This document shows positions 30,328 through 40,877 of a stretch of 64,000 bases of DNA, piece after piece. Position 1 is the first letter of the stretch, and each line of letters starts with the position of its first letter. The stretch is from a virus: the IMG/VR virus record IMGVR_UViG_3300023174_000118, positions 22,844 through 86,843 of that record; one strand, written 5' to 3'. A model generated the notes under the pieces. The model did no database searches. It was not told the DNA's origin and saw only the letters and a list, made by a program, of their open reading frames with translations. Position numbers and translations under genes: made by a program.

Positions 30328-31437
30328 TTAATTAAAATTGATTCCGCCAGTAAAGCTTCCTGTTGCAAGTAATGATGATGGATTATTATATTTTGTTCCA
30401 AATCCAGTTGTTTCTGAAAAACTATAAGCATGAACATATGGGGAATCAGTTGCAAGCATTGCCAATGCTTGTGCATTATAACTAAAAGCAATGGTATTAT
30501 AATACGGTGGCGCTGTCGGCAAAGTGGCAGGATTGCTGAATTTTGAACCAAACCCGCCTGCAATTGTAAATTGATAGGCGTTTATAAATGGACTATTTTG
30601 GTTTACAAAAGCTACAGTGTTTCCAGTTGAAGAAAAAGCTACTGAATACGCATATGGGTCTCCTGATGGTTGTGCATATTTTGTTCCAAATCCGCTTGAT
30701 CTTGACCATGCATATGCATAACAACCAGATATGCCCTGAGTTGTTACGGCATCTCCAGAAGGGTGCACTTCGGGATTACCATATCCTCCATATGTAGGAG
30801 TTGTTGTTGGATTTGCGTACTTTGTACCAAATGATTGATTTGATATTGAAAATTGATAGGCATGTAAAAATGGAGTTGTAGATGAATTTAAAAATAATGT
30901 TTCATTAAAATATTTAACTCCTGTTGCCGCACTTGACAATATTGTTGCTGGATCTGAAATTTTAGTTCCGTATCCCGCATATCCAAATTGATATGCTGAA
31001 ACATACGGACTTCCAGAATGCGCTATAAAAATAAGAGAATCATCAATTTGTAAATCAACACCATTTCCATCGGATCCTGCTGGTAAAGTTAATGGATTAG
31101 AATAAGCGGTTCCAAATCCTGTTGAATTATTAAACGCATATGTTCTAAATAATGCGCCGCCGCCGTATGCTATAGATAGATATCCTTTACCACGACTCCA
31201 TGAAGCGTCACGAACATAACTAGGTGGCAATGATGCTGAATCTGCATATTTGCTATTAAAACCAGTAGTGGTTCCATTAAACCAATTTTGTACCTGCATA
31301 TATGGGCTAGCATAAACTGGAAGGAACACAGCATCAGAATTAGTTGTAGGTAAGTATGGTATATTGCCAGCCAACATATTTGCATATCTACTTAAAGAAG
31401 ACATGCCACCTATTGTTCTAAGTTTTTTTATAAACAT
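30328..31437 (-). CDS. Beta-propeller protein (candidate receptor-binding tip)
   Basis: About seven repeats of SPY/FxxAYxF...GFGTKYxNP. Confidence 0.8.
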   Translation of the reverse strand: MFIKKLRTIGGMSSLSRYANMLAGNIPYLPTTNSDAVFLPVYASPYMQVQNWFNGTTTGFNSKYADSASLPPSYVRDASWSRGKGYLSIAYGGGALFRTYAFNNSTGFGTAYSNPLTLPAGSDGNGVDLQIDDSLIFIAHSGSPYVSAYQFGYAGYGTKISDPATILSSAATGVKYFNETLFLNSSTTPFLHAYQFSISNQSFGTKYANPTTTPTYGGYGNPEVHPSGDAVTTQGISGCYAYAWSRSSGFGTKYAQPSGDPYAYSVAFSSTGNTVAFVNQNSPFINAYQFTIAGGFGSKFSNPATLPTAPPYYNTIAFSYNAQALAMLATDSPYVHAYSFSETTGFGTKYNNPSSLLATGSFTGGINFN

Positions 31438-31742
31438 TATGCTATTTCAACTCCTGAAATATGAATATTAACAGATGTTGCTGAGGCTCCACCTGCAATA
31501 ATTTTTGTTGCTCCCAATACCTGCTTCATATCAATTACAATTGAATCTGTTGCTGATATAGCTACTGCTGCCGCAATGCTTACTCCATCAAGTGATAAAG
31601 AATAAGTCTGAAGAGAGGCAGAAGTATTTGTAATTACAATATTTGTAATTACTGCTGTTGTTGCAGCGGGAACTGTGTAAAGAGTAGTAGCAGTATTAGT
31701 TGTTGCAGCACCTCTATATAACGCTTTAACTGTTGTTGCCAT
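31437..31742 (-). CDS. Small beta-sandwich fibre adaptor-like protein
   Basis: TLYTVPAATTAVITNIVITN...NIHISGVEIA; SD GGAGG. Confidence 0.7.
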   Translation of the reverse strand: MATTVKALYRGAATTNTATTLYTVPAATTAVITNIVITNTSASLQTYSLSLDGVSIAAAVAISATDSIVIDMKQVLGATKIIAGGASATSVNIHISGVEIA

Positions 31743-31775
31743 TATTTAACCCTCCTATCTTTATAGTATAGCATA

Positions 31776-33683
31776 TTAGAATGCTCCCATAATATTCATT
31801 AGTTCTATATCTTTTCCGTTTAATTCAAATGACCCATTGGAATTTATTTCAGCTAAAACTGTTCCTGATGAATTTTGCCATTGTGTAAGATCTGCGGTTT
31901 GAGAAACTGCGCCTTTAATAATTAATCCAATTGTAGATGCGGCAGGGGTTACAGAAGCTTGAGTTCCACTTAAATAGTTTCCTATTGATAATGTTCCGCT
32001 AGTTTGAAATGAACCATAAGCATTTATAGATGCTGCTATTGAGCCCGTATAATCTTGCCACTCTTGCATACTGGCAGTTTGTGAAGCAGTTGCTTTAATA
32101 ACTAAACCTTTATTTGCTGCTGCAACAGTAGTAATTAAAAATCCACCAGTGTCACCATTTGTTGTTAACAAAGCTTTGCTTGCTGCTTGAGATGTTAAAG
32201 CGGGAAACTTTAAAGTTGCATCTGCTGCCATTGATCCTAATACTGTTGAATATGCCGAATTTCTAAATTCAAATAAATCTCCTGTTTGACCTGATGCTTG
32301 CTGTATTCTCATTGCTGGAAGTCCACTGCTAGATGCTACAAAATATCCTGTTCCAACAATATTCATTCCTGAAGATGAATTTGTACCTATATTAAGTTGT
32401 CCACCAGAGGTTATGTATCCTAAAAGATAGCCGTCGCTGTTATACCATTGCATTATATTATTTAGTCCTGCAACCTTTAAAGTTGCGCTGCCTACATAAG
32501 TATCTGAAGTAGTATTTGCGACTGTAATAGATGTAGCTGTTGCTGATAATATTGTTCCACTTGAAATGTTAAAAGTTGTTGGGTTGGCACCAGTAATACC
32601 TACTGTTTCTCCCGCCATTGGAGGAGTAAGGCTAGATCCAGCAAAATTATAAGTTACTGTAGTTCCATTTCCTGTAGCAGAAGTAACTGCTGTAGTAAAT
32701 GCAGGTCTATTTCTAATAGTTAACGGAACACTTCCGCTATGTTTTGATTGCATTGTAATTGCTCTATATCCATCCCAATCAAATGGAAGGTTTCCTTCAA
32801 TTCCTGTTGCATCCCCACCTTGATCTCCTGCACGATATGAAAGTAATTCTATATTTGCAAGTTGAACAGATGAAGTTGCATGAGTATTTTGCATTGTAAT
32901 TCTTATATATCCGTCACTACCAATATCTGTTGTTGCAAATATTCTTCTTGTTACCGCAGATGAAATTCCAGACCAAGTTCCTCTTGAGTTCCAGCTTGAG
33001 CCGTTTGAACTTGATTCAAATGTTAAGTTATATGAGGGACTTGGTGATGTATAAGTACAAGTAACTCTTAACCATTTATTAAGCATGTAATTAAAATTAA
33101 GATTTGAAAATGTCCATCTATAATATGTCGATGGCGGGATAGCAATTACACTATAGTTTCTTCCATCAAAAGGAGATGAATTAAATGTTGTATTTGTCCA
33201 AGTTGTTCCATTTGTAGATGTTTCAAATGCTCCATTTTGAAATCTTAATCTATCAAACCAAACATCGTTTGGTAAAAATGAAATATTGTTTGCTGATGCT
33301 TGTGCGCTTATATCATTGGTGTCATAAACGCCTGAAGTGTAAAGTTTTCCAGTAAATGTATTATCTACGTTTAATAATGCTACGTTAGATGGAGTTAAAC
33401 CTTGAATTCCTTGAGTACCTTGAGTTCCCGTAGTTCCTTGAGTTCCCGTCGTTCCTTGAAGTTGATTAAATCCTCCGCCTTGTAAACCCTGAACACCTTG
33501 AGTTCCTTGAACGGATCCCGCAATACCTTGAATACCTTGACCAGTTAAACCTTGGGTTCCCTGTAATCCCTGAACGGTACCAACAGATTGCCATGTTGTA
33601 CCATTCCATAACCATGTACGACCTAAATATGTGTATGTGCTTACACCTGACGTTAAGCCTGTTGTTGGAAAATTAATTGGCAT
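31776..33683 (-). CDS. Mosaic fibre protein with a short collagen segment
   Basis: MPINFP N-terminus, GxQ triplets, beta module, QTADLTQWQ repeats, C-terminal IMGAF. Confidence 0.75.
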   Translation of the reverse strand: MPINFPTTGLTSGVSTYTYLGRTWLWNGTTWQSVGTVQGLQGTQGLTGQGIQGIAGSVQGTQGVQGLQGGGFNQLQGTTGTQGTTGTQGTQGIQGLTPSNVALLNVDNTFTGKLYTSGVYDTNDISAQASANNISFLPNDVWFDRLRFQNGAFETSTNGTTWTNTTFNSSPFDGRNYSVIAIPPSTYYRWTFSNLNFNYMLNKWLRVTCTYTSPSPSYNLTFESSSNGSSWNSRGTWSGISSAVTRRIFATTDIGSDGYIRITMQNTHATSSVQLANIELLSYRAGDQGGDATGIEGNLPFDWDGYRAITMQSKHSGSVPLTIRNRPAFTTAVTSATGNGTTVTYNFAGSSLTPPMAGETVGITGANPTTFNISSGTILSATATSITVANTTSDTYVGSATLKVAGLNNIMQWYNSDGYLLGYITSGGQLNIGTNSSSGMNIVGTGYFVASSSGLPAMRIQQASGQTGDLFEFRNSAYSTVLGSMAADATLKFPALTSQAASKALLTTNGDTGGFLITTVAAANKGLVIKATASQTASMQEWQDYTGSIAASINAYGSFQTSGTLSIGNYLSGTQASVTPAASTIGLIIKGAVSQTADLTQWQNSSGTVLAEINSNGSFELNGKDIELMNIMGAF

Positions 33684-34957
33684 TAGATGTTAAACCTTCC
33701 TCTTACTGCATTAAAATTTTGTAGAACTTCAGCAGCTGACAATGCTTTATTATACTGTCTTATATGTCCTATTTTACCAGCAAATCGATCTATACCCGTT
33801 CCAATTCTTTGTCCTAAATATATTGGGCTTGTTGGTGAGCTAAATCCTGTTCCTGAAAGTGTTGTTGTTGCTGTTTGTGTGCCATTTACATAAACCCTTA
33901 AAATACTATTTGGCCAATCATAAACGGCAGTTACATGTGACCATGCATTTACTGTTGCGCTTGATCCAGCGGTAATGCCTGTTGTTCCATTATAAGCAGC
34001 AATAAACCAAGAAGGTGTGGGTCCCAAGCTACTTAATCTAATAGCATATGGGTATCCTACTGTTCCACTATAATTCCATTTTTCTAATATTACTGCTTCA
34101 CCAGAGTTTGCTCCGCCCGAACCATTTGGTTGATTAGAATATGGGTATGCTGTAAAATCAATTGAATATGCAGCGGCCTCTGAAAAATTTATTGAAGTAG
34201 CATTTGGAACTGTACCTACATCAGTAGTTGAGTTTCCATCCCATTCAAAGTATCCCTGCTCATTAAAATATGGCATATTTAAAGTAGCATTATTTGAATT
34301 GCCCGAAAGGTCATTCCAAGTGTTGCTTCTATTTATTACAGCTCCAGTAGTTGGAGTATATGGTCCTGGAAAAACTCCTCTTTCAAGTTGAGGTCCCCAT
34401 AAATAACAATTTGTTCCACCACCTAAAGCTGTATAATAAGTTGGGGCAATTGAGCCAGTACTTCCAGCAAATGTACTCCAAAATCTATACCAACCATTTC
34501 CACAATTAATGGAACCAGAGTTAATTATGTTGCTTCCGACAGATGTAACTGTTCCACCATTACAATCAACAGTCATCAATCTATTATTTCCTGGATCTAC
34601 CCAAATTGATCCATTATTACCTGAACGTGGGGAATTTCCATAAATACTCATAACATAAATTTTGCCAGAAGCTGGGACACCTGATGTATAGTTTGAGTAT
34701 GGCCCTACATATTGACCGCCTGCCGCCCACTGAACGCTAGTCTGTGTTCCATCTGGAGCATTAGAATAATTAAATGTAGGAGTCCATCCATTTATTGGAG
34801 GGTAGTACGTTGTGTTACCAAAATACCCAGGTCCGCTGGTGGGAATTAAATTTTCTGAACCATCATAACTTTGTTTTACAGAAGCATCAAGATTTAATAC
34901 TAAATTATCTCTTACGTAATTTTTTCCTTGTCCAGCAAATCCAATAACCGCTGTCAT
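33683..34957 (-). CDS. LamG/concanavalin A-like lectin-fold protein with inserted carbohydrate-binding-like domain
   Basis: NLVLNLDAS, WNDLSGNSNNATL, WSHVTAVY, YVNG, YNKALSAAEVLQNFNA; insert with GNGWYRF and WGPQLE. Confidence 0.8.
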   Translation of the reverse strand: MTAVIGFAGQGKNYVRDNLVLNLDASVKQSYDGSENLIPTSGPGYFGNTTYYPPINGWTPTFNYSNAPDGTQTSVQWAAGGQYVGPYSNYTSGVPASGKIYVMSIYGNSPRSGNNGSIWVDPGNNRLMTVDCNGGTVTSVGSNIINSGSINCGNGWYRFWSTFAGSTGSIAPTYYTALGGGTNCYLWGPQLERGVFPGPYTPTTGAVINRSNTWNDLSGNSNNATLNMPYFNEQGYFEWDGNSTTDVGTVPNATSINFSEAAAYSIDFTAYPYSNQPNGSGGANSGEAVILEKWNYSGTVGYPYAIRLSSLGPTPSWFIAAYNGTTGITAGSSATVNAWSHVTAVYDWPNSILRVYVNGTQTATTTLSGTGFSSPTSPIYLGQRIGTGIDRFAGKIGHIRQYNKALSAAEVLQNFNAVRGRFNI

Positions 34958-36426
34958 TAGCTCAACCCCGAACCAGATATAACAAAAACATTAGAGGCAA
35001 CACATAAAATACTTGTTAAGCCGTATTGGGATAATGTTCTATTTCCAAAGCTTGAAGTGCCTGCAAGTCTTAATGTTACACCGCTTCCTTGTGTTATAGT
35101 TTGGCTGGAGGATGAGTTGTTGTAAATCATAATATTATCACCTGAGCTAAATGTTGAAGAAGGAACTGTTACTCCACCTGTTGTGATGGAAACATGTTTA
35201 CCTACGTCTGCTAATGCTAGAGTATATGAGGCTGTCTGTGCATTCTGTGGAATTGTAGGTGGACCATAAATACCTTGAATTCCTTGAATTCCTTGAAGCC
35301 CAGTCAAATTATTATAAGGCTCAAACCATTGAGTTCCACTCCACACATAAAGTCTTGAATCTTCTGTATTTAGCCACGCTAGTCCTTGTAATGGAGAAAC
35401 TGGTGCTGTTGCACTTGTTATATAAGTTCCTTGGGTTCCAAGAATACCTTGGATTCCCTGCACACCCTGTGTGCCTTGAAAACCTTGTAGCCCTGTAACT
35501 CCTTGAGACCCTATAGATCCTTGTGTACCCTGTGCACCTTGCACACCCTGTGTGCCTTGAATACCTTGTAACCCTGTAACTCCTTGAGATCCTACAACCC
35601 CTTGAAGTCCCGTTGTTCCCTGTACACCAGATGCAAATGTAATTAAAACTAATTGATGATTATTTGGAAAACCAGTTACACCAATTCCACCTGCTCCAAT
35701 GTAGGAAACTGGAATTTGAACATAAGTATTATTTCCAATATCTGGTGTTCCAGTTATTTTAAATTGTTGATAATTATCAGAATTATTTGCATCTTGTACA
35801 TAAATTTTATCTTCTTGTTTTAATATTGCAAGAAATAAATCAATATCAATATTATCTGATGTTAAATGATTAACATATAAACTTGTTGCAGAAGTTTGAG
35901 TTGCATTATTCCATCTTAATTTTCCATCGGCTGGTTGTGAATTTGTTTGTGAGTTTGCATCTGCTTTGTAATTAAAATATGAAGAAGAGCTTCCACTAGC
36001 TCCTGTTATTCCTTGTACTCCCTGTGTTCCAGTTGCACCCTGCGCTCCTTGAATACCTTGAGTGCCTTGAATACCTAATAAACCTTGTGTACCTTGTACG
36101 CCTTGTGCACCTTGAAGACCTTGCACACCTTGTGTGCCTTGATTACCAAGCAATCCTTGAGTTCCTTGTGTACCCTGTGCACCTTGCACACCCTGTGTGC
36201 CTTGTATGCCAATTAATCCTTGAATACCAGTTGTGCCCTGTACTCCTTGAACTCCTTGTACGCCTTGTCTACCCTGAGTTCCTTGAGTTCCTTGAGTTCC
36301 TTGAGGACCTGGGTGTGTAGTTAAATAATCATCTATGTCTTGAGCTAGCAAACCCATGTCTCTTGGAACATCTGGAGACATGTCAAGAGTTGGATATCTA
36401 AAATTTTTAGCAGTACTGTTGCTCAT
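34957..36426 (-). CDS. Collagen-like fibre protein
   Basis: Two long Gly-X-Gln triplet runs plus a short third, separated by globular domains. Confidence 0.85.
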   Translation of the reverse strand: MSNSTAKNFRYPTLDMSPDVPRDMGLLAQDIDDYLTTHPGPQGTQGTQGTQGRQGVQGVQGVQGTTGIQGLIGIQGTQGVQGAQGTQGTQGLLGNQGTQGVQGLQGAQGVQGTQGLLGIQGTQGIQGAQGATGTQGVQGITGASGSSSSYFNYKADANSQTNSQPADGKLRWNNATQTSATSLYVNHLTSDNIDIDLFLAILKQEDKIYVQDANNSDNYQQFKITGTPDIGNNTYVQIPVSYIGAGGIGVTGFPNNHQLVLITFASGVQGTTGLQGVVGSQGVTGLQGIQGTQGVQGAQGTQGSIGSQGVTGLQGFQGTQGVQGIQGILGTQGTYITSATAPVSPLQGLAWLNTEDSRLYVWSGTQWFEPYNNLTGLQGIQGIQGIYGPPTIPQNAQTASYTLALADVGKHVSITTGGVTVPSSTFSSGDNIMIYNNSSSSQTITQGSGVTLRLAGTSSFGNRTLSQYGLTSILCVASNVFVISGSGLS

Positions 36427-36517
36427 TTTTATATTATAGCATTATCGAGATTATAAGCCTTTTATATAAGACTAACTACAATGCCATTCCTTTCATTAAA
36501 ATTAATGGTAAAACTGA

Positions 36518-37189
36518 CTATTTAACCCAGATCATCCCTACATCTGCTGTTTGTCTAAGATTATACTCTAGCCACCCGCCGTTTTCCCAATCATTTTTAG
36601 TATCCTCAATCCAAGCGGGCAAAGTATCAAACAAAGACATAGAGCGATATTCTGCAGGCTCTACTAAATGATCAGTAATATACTGAAGAGCAAACTCTGT
36701 ATAACCATTAATTTCTTTAAGACGTTTTAATTGTTCTACGTGTTGATCTAAAGTAAATAAACTCCATTCAAAACATAATTGTTTTGGCTTGCAAGTCATT
36801 CCGTTAAACACTTGAGACTCTGCACCTTCAACATCTATTTTAACTAAATCTGGTAATCCATATTTTTCTACAAGCCTGTCTATTGTGCAAGTAGTAGCAT
36901 TAATAGTTCTAAATTCTTTTCCTTTATATAAAGCGTTTTCTCCAGTAAGCCATGACTTTTCTATTGTAGAAAGGCCATCTTCTACACATTCATAAAATTC
37001 AATCTTTTTACCATTAGAATCAGATACGGCATACTTAAGCGGAATAACCTTTTGGTCATTCTTAAAATTATTATAAAGCATATAAAACATTTTTGGGGCG
37101 GGCTCTAAAGCAATTATTTTATCAAATCCTTTTTGAAGTCCTGCATATACTGCATCTCCTCTATTAGCACCAATATCAAATAATAACAT
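36518..37189 (-). CDS. FkbM-family methyltransferase
   Basis: FDIGANRG, ALEP, AVSD, LVKIDVEGAE. Confidence 0.9.
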   Translation of the reverse strand: MLLFDIGANRGDAVYAGLQKGFDKIIALEPAPKMFYMLYNNFKNDQKVIPLKYAVSDSNGKKIEFYECVEDGLSTIEKSWLTGENALYKGKEFRTINATTCTIDRLVEKYGLPDLVKIDVEGAESQVFNGMTCKPKQLCFEWSLFTLDQHVEQLKRLKEINGYTEFALQYITDHLVEPAEYRSMSLFDTLPAWIEDTKNDWENGGWLEYNLRQTADVGMIWVK

Positions 37190-37748
37190 TTTTACCCATT
37201 TTTTCTAAATTATATCTGACTGTATTCTTGTAATCTTCTCTTATATCTTGTTGTAATAATTGAGTAAAGATATTTAATGATTCATCTTCTCTTCCTATCC
37301 ACCATCCCGATACAGCTTTTTCAAAAGATAAAACATACATTCCAGGAAAATCTACATCTACTGGTAAAGGATCCATATCTTGATTAAACATTAATCCTAT
37401 TTCAGCAAATGTATATGACTCCTGCCATTTTTGTGATCTTTCATAAAACCTAGACATTAAAAAGTATGCTTCTGGTCTGTTGGGTAAATATTGTATTGCT
37501 TGTAGTATTACGTTGCTTACTGTATGTTCCCGCCCAGACTGGTCTTCAAAGCAATGAGACATTCTTAACAATGAAGCATATACTATTTCTGGATGAGTCT
37601 CATGACCATATTCTGCTGCTCTTAAATAAAATGAAACGGCAGAAGCAGTTTGTCCTAATTGCTCATACTTAATGGCAATATTAAAGTTATGTTCTGGATT
37701 AAGCATATCATGAGAAACAGTCTCAATTAATTCTTCAATTGAATTCAT
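37176..37748 (-). CDS. TPR-repeat protein
   Basis: AVSFYLRAAE, QAIQYLPNRPEAYFLMSRFYE helical repeats. Confidence 0.75.
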   Translation of the reverse strand: MNSIEELIETVSHDMLNPEHNFNIAIKYEQLGQTASAVSFYLRAAEYGHETHPEIVYASLLRMSHCFEDQSGREHTVSNVILQAIQYLPNRPEAYFLMSRFYERSQKWQESYTFAEIGLMFNQDMDPLPVDVDFPGMYVLSFEKAVSGWWIGREDESLNIFTQLLQQDIREDYKNTVRYNLEKMGKNVII

Positions 37749-38745
37749 TTAGTAAAGCTTCCGCTATCATCTCTTCAACTACAATATTTGGCACCTTAAG
37801 CACAAATGCTGCATTGTCTTGAAATCCAAAAGATATCAATAAGTCATTATTGTATACTGCTGCTCCTGCAGCAAATTCAATACGTGCATCTAAAAATGAA
37901 AATGCTTTGTGAGACATTCCAACAAGATTTAAATCGTCATCCCATACACATAGTCTGTGACGATATACACCATCTTTTTGACTAAGGTAGTTATTAAATA
38001 AGTTTGCCTCATGGGTTATAGATAGATATAGATTATTCCAGCGAATTAGTTGGCTTCCGCCTCTTTGATCAGCAGGAACTTTTATATTCTCAGTATGAGA
38101 TATTTGATCACATCTGGCGGGAAGATCTGGATAAGTTCTTACAATCTCTGCTGGAGAAGTCCATTTAACAAAATGATAGGGCTTGTCTAATATTGGATAC
38201 CAATTCTTTTCACAGTATGAATCATCTTTCCCAGGAGCTGGTATTCTAATACGGGATACTTCTTTTGCAGACCAATTAGATTTATCTAATTCTATCTTGC
38301 ATAATTCCATTCTGCCCACGCCATTTGTTGTTGTATCTCTTCTTACTCCGATACAATAATAGTCCCCGTCCCATTGAACAAGGCGGGCATCCTCAAGACC
38401 TACAAACTCCCATAAAGGTTCTACATCTAATTTACTAGTATCAATAACAGTATGATCTGTCATTACAAGGTCTTTATCTAATCTAACAATATAATTAGTT
38501 GTACGCAAATGCATATCTTTTTCTGGATGTAGATATGATAATGGTCCCCATCTTGATGGAAACTTTTGAGTATTTTCAGAATGATATAGAGTATAATTTA
38601 CATGTCTAAGGTTGACTAGTATTTCTCCGTCATTATCTACAAAGATGGAAGGATTCATTAATCCAGTCCCAGATGTAAGACCTTTAGATATAACTAATGG
38701 CGCTAATTTACCGCCGTTGGACACGGCTCTTTGGACTAGGTTCAT
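37735..38745 (-). CDS. Five-bladed beta-propeller glycoside hydrolase/phosphorylase-like protein (GH130/GH43-like)
   Basis: MNPSI, GLEDARL, EKNW, RGGSQ, IEFAAG, ISFGFQD. Confidence 0.7.
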   Translation of the reverse strand: MNLVQRAVSNGGKLAPLVISKGLTSGTGLMNPSIFVDNDGEILVNLRHVNYTLYHSENTQKFPSRWGPLSYLHPEKDMHLRTTNYIVRLDKDLVMTDHTVIDTSKLDVEPLWEFVGLEDARLVQWDGDYYCIGVRRDTTTNGVGRMELCKIELDKSNWSAKEVSRIRIPAPGKDDSYCEKNWYPILDKPYHFVKWTSPAEIVRTYPDLPARCDQISHTENIKVPADQRGGSQLIRWNNLYLSITHEANLFNNYLSQKDGVYRHRLCVWDDDLNLVGMSHKAFSFLDARIEFAAGAAVYNNDLLISFGFQDNAAFVLKVPNIVVEEMIAEALLNEFN

Positions 38746-38759
38746 CTACTGATTATATC

Positions 38760-39050
38760 TTATTCAGTAGGGTTTTGTAAAGACACCTGTGCAGCAAGTG
38801 CTGCAATTTCTTCTTGAGTTAATCCTGCTGCAATTAATTTATCATTTGCTGCTTGAGCTGGATCAATTTCAACAGGTTCTGGTTGTACAAATTTACCTGT
38901 TTCTTCATCATATGTCCAGCCAATTCCTGCTGGATTTTCAGATGTATATTCAATTAAAGTTGCATGTAAAACATTTGATGCATCTTCTACATCATCTGCA
39001 ACTATTACATTACTTACTGTGTTGCCACTCATTACTGCATATGTTCCCAT
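38760..39050 (-). CDS. Small protein closing polyglycine array 1 (possible chaperone)
   Basis: YAVMSGNTVSNVIVA...AGIGWTYDEETGKF; SD AGGAG. Confidence 0.7.
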   Translation of the reverse strand: MGTYAVMSGNTVSNVIVADDVEDASNVLHATLIEYTSENPAGIGWTYDEETGKFVQPEPVEIDPAQAANDKLIAAGLTQEEIAALAAQVSLQNPTE

Positions 39051-39059
39051 TTTATCTCC

Positions 39060-39920
39060 TTAGTAGTATAAATAAACAATTCCGTTTCCGCCAGTTCCTG
39101 ATGTGCCGTTAGCAGGACAAGCACCGCCTCCGCCACCGCCTGCGCCGCCGTTGCCTGCAGTTGTTCCTAAAGCATTAGATCCAACACCCGTAAAACCGCC
39201 TCCGCCGCCGCCTGCTCCAAAACCTGCTCCTGTGCCTGATGAACTAGTACCGCCTGCGCCGCCTCTTCCTGATCCTCCAGCGCCGCCAGTTCCTAATCCT
39301 GATGCTGTTAATGCGCCTCCACCGCCTCCGACAAGTCCTGAACCGCCTGCTCCAGCATTACCATTACCAATATTGCCACCACCGCCACCGCCTGAAGCAC
39401 CAGAACCACCTGCAATAGGTGTTGCGCCACTTGTTACTGCATTTCCACCTCCGCCTGCATAACTATTTCCACCATTACTGCCACCAGGTGCTCCTGTGTA
39501 AGAAGTGCCTCCACCTGTTGAGCCACCTGTTCCGCCTCCGCCTCCGCCTCCGCCAGTTCCTACTGATCCAATAGGTGTAATTGATCCTTGACCACCAGCA
39601 CCTCCGCCACCAATAACCATTCCATAAACACTTGGACTACCAGCATTAGAACCCACAGAAGCCGTACCACCTGCACCGCCAGTTCCAACAGTTACTGTGT
39701 TAGAAATATAAGTCCACCCAGCAGAATATCCTCCTGCGCCGCCGCCACCTGCTCCAGTGACTGCATATCCTCCACCGCCGCCGCCGCCAATGCAAATTGC
39801 ATAAACTCTATTAATTCCTGCGGGAATGGTAACAGGACCTGATATAGTAAAAGTTTGTTGCAACTTTAAACCATAAGGTGAGTCGCTAAACTTTGAATTT
39901 GAATATATATCTACGCTCAT
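39060..39920 (-). CDS. Polyglycine protein, class A
   Basis: IYSNSKFSDSPYGLKLQQ, RVYAICIGGGG, SAGWTY, YGMV, ends IVYLYY. Confidence 0.85.
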   Translation of the reverse strand: MSVDIYSNSKFSDSPYGLKLQQTFTISGPVTIPAGINRVYAICIGGGGGGGYAVTGAGGGGAGGYSAGWTYISNTVTVGTGGAGGTASVGSNAGSPSVYGMVIGGGGAGGQGSITPIGSVGTGGGGGGGGTGGSTGGGTSYTGAPGGSNGGNSYAGGGGNAVTSGATPIAGGSGASGGGGGGNIGNGNAGAGGSGLVGGGGGALTASGLGTGGAGGSGRGGAGGTSSSGTGAGFGAGGGGGGFTGVGSNALGTTAGNGGAGGGGGGACPANGTSGTGGNGIVYLYY

Positions 39921-39947
39921 GTTATCTCCATTTTATATCTTATTATA

Positions 39948-40868
39948 TCAGTAAAATAGGTAAAGTATACCTGCTCCACCTGATGAACCACCACCGCCGC
40001 CGCCTGCACCGCCGCCGCCAAGACCGCCAGTACCGCCAGAGGCACCTGATGCGTTAATACCATTGCCAGCGATTCCAGCACCGCCACCGCCTGCACCCAG
40101 TCCAATTCCTGATGTACCTGTGCCACCAGTAGTTATTGCCCCAGTTAAAATGTTTATTCCGTTACCACCGTTACCGCCTGTACGAATTCCCGTTGTTGAA
40201 GAAGCACGACCGCCACCGCCGCCTGCCAAACCTGACCCACCATTACCGCCTGTATTGGTTTGACTTCCTGGAAAATATGTTGAACCGCCTCCGCCTCCAG
40301 AGATTCCATCCCCACCATTACCCGCCGTTGCTACTGCGTTTGTTCCACCACCGCCACTACCACCACTACCGCTATTTATTATAGTCACTACGTTTGCTGT
40401 TACGGCTGCTCCACCAGGCATACCCCAATAATTTGTAGCGCCTGCTCCTGAATTAGCATCTGGTAATCCTCCTGATCCTCCACCGCCAAGAAATGCTCCG
40501 CCGCCTTGACCACCTCCGCCACCGCCTGCTATTATGTTTCCATATTGTGTGTATCCTCCGCTAGTCTGTGTTCCTCCACCTGAACCTACAACACAAGAAG
40601 AAACTGCAATAGTCCAACCCCAAGCAATTCCACCTGCTCCACCTGGCGAATTACCACTAGCTCCGCCGCCGCCGCCTGCTGCGATAGCATAAACAAATGT
40701 AATATTGGCGGGAATTGTAACAGATCCGCTAGATGTAATTACTTGTTGACATTTTAATCCATAAGGATTTACAAAAGATGTAAATGATGTAGGAGTATTA
40801 CTACTATTAGCAGTATGCCAATTAGACACTTGTGTGCCTGATTTATTTTTTCCAAATACATTTGTCAT
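39948..40868 (-). CDS. Polyglycine protein, class B
   Basis: QVSNW, PYGLKCQQ, AWGWT, YTQYGNI, TNYWG, GINILTG, ends ILYLFY. Confidence 0.85.
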   Translation of the reverse strand: MTNVFGKNKSGTQVSNWHTANSSNTPTSFTSFVNPYGLKCQQVITSSGSVTIPANITFVYAIAAGGGGGASGNSPGGAGGIAWGWTIAVSSCVVGSGGGTQTSGGYTQYGNIIAGGGGGGQGGGAFLGGGGSGGLPDANSGAGATNYWGMPGGAAVTANVVTIINSGSGGSGGGGTNAVATAGNGGDGISGGGGGSTYFPGSQTNTGGNGGSGLAGGGGGRASSTTGIRTGGNGGNGINILTGAITTGGTGTSGIGLGAGGGGAGIAGNGINASGASGGTGGLGGGGAGGGGGGSSGGAGILYLFY

Positions 40869-40877
40869 ACATACTCC

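Noticed and set aside
35270-36310. CRISPR-like periodic repeats
   Set aside because: The 9-nt periodicity is explained by Gly-X-Gln coding; no unique spacers or cas genes.
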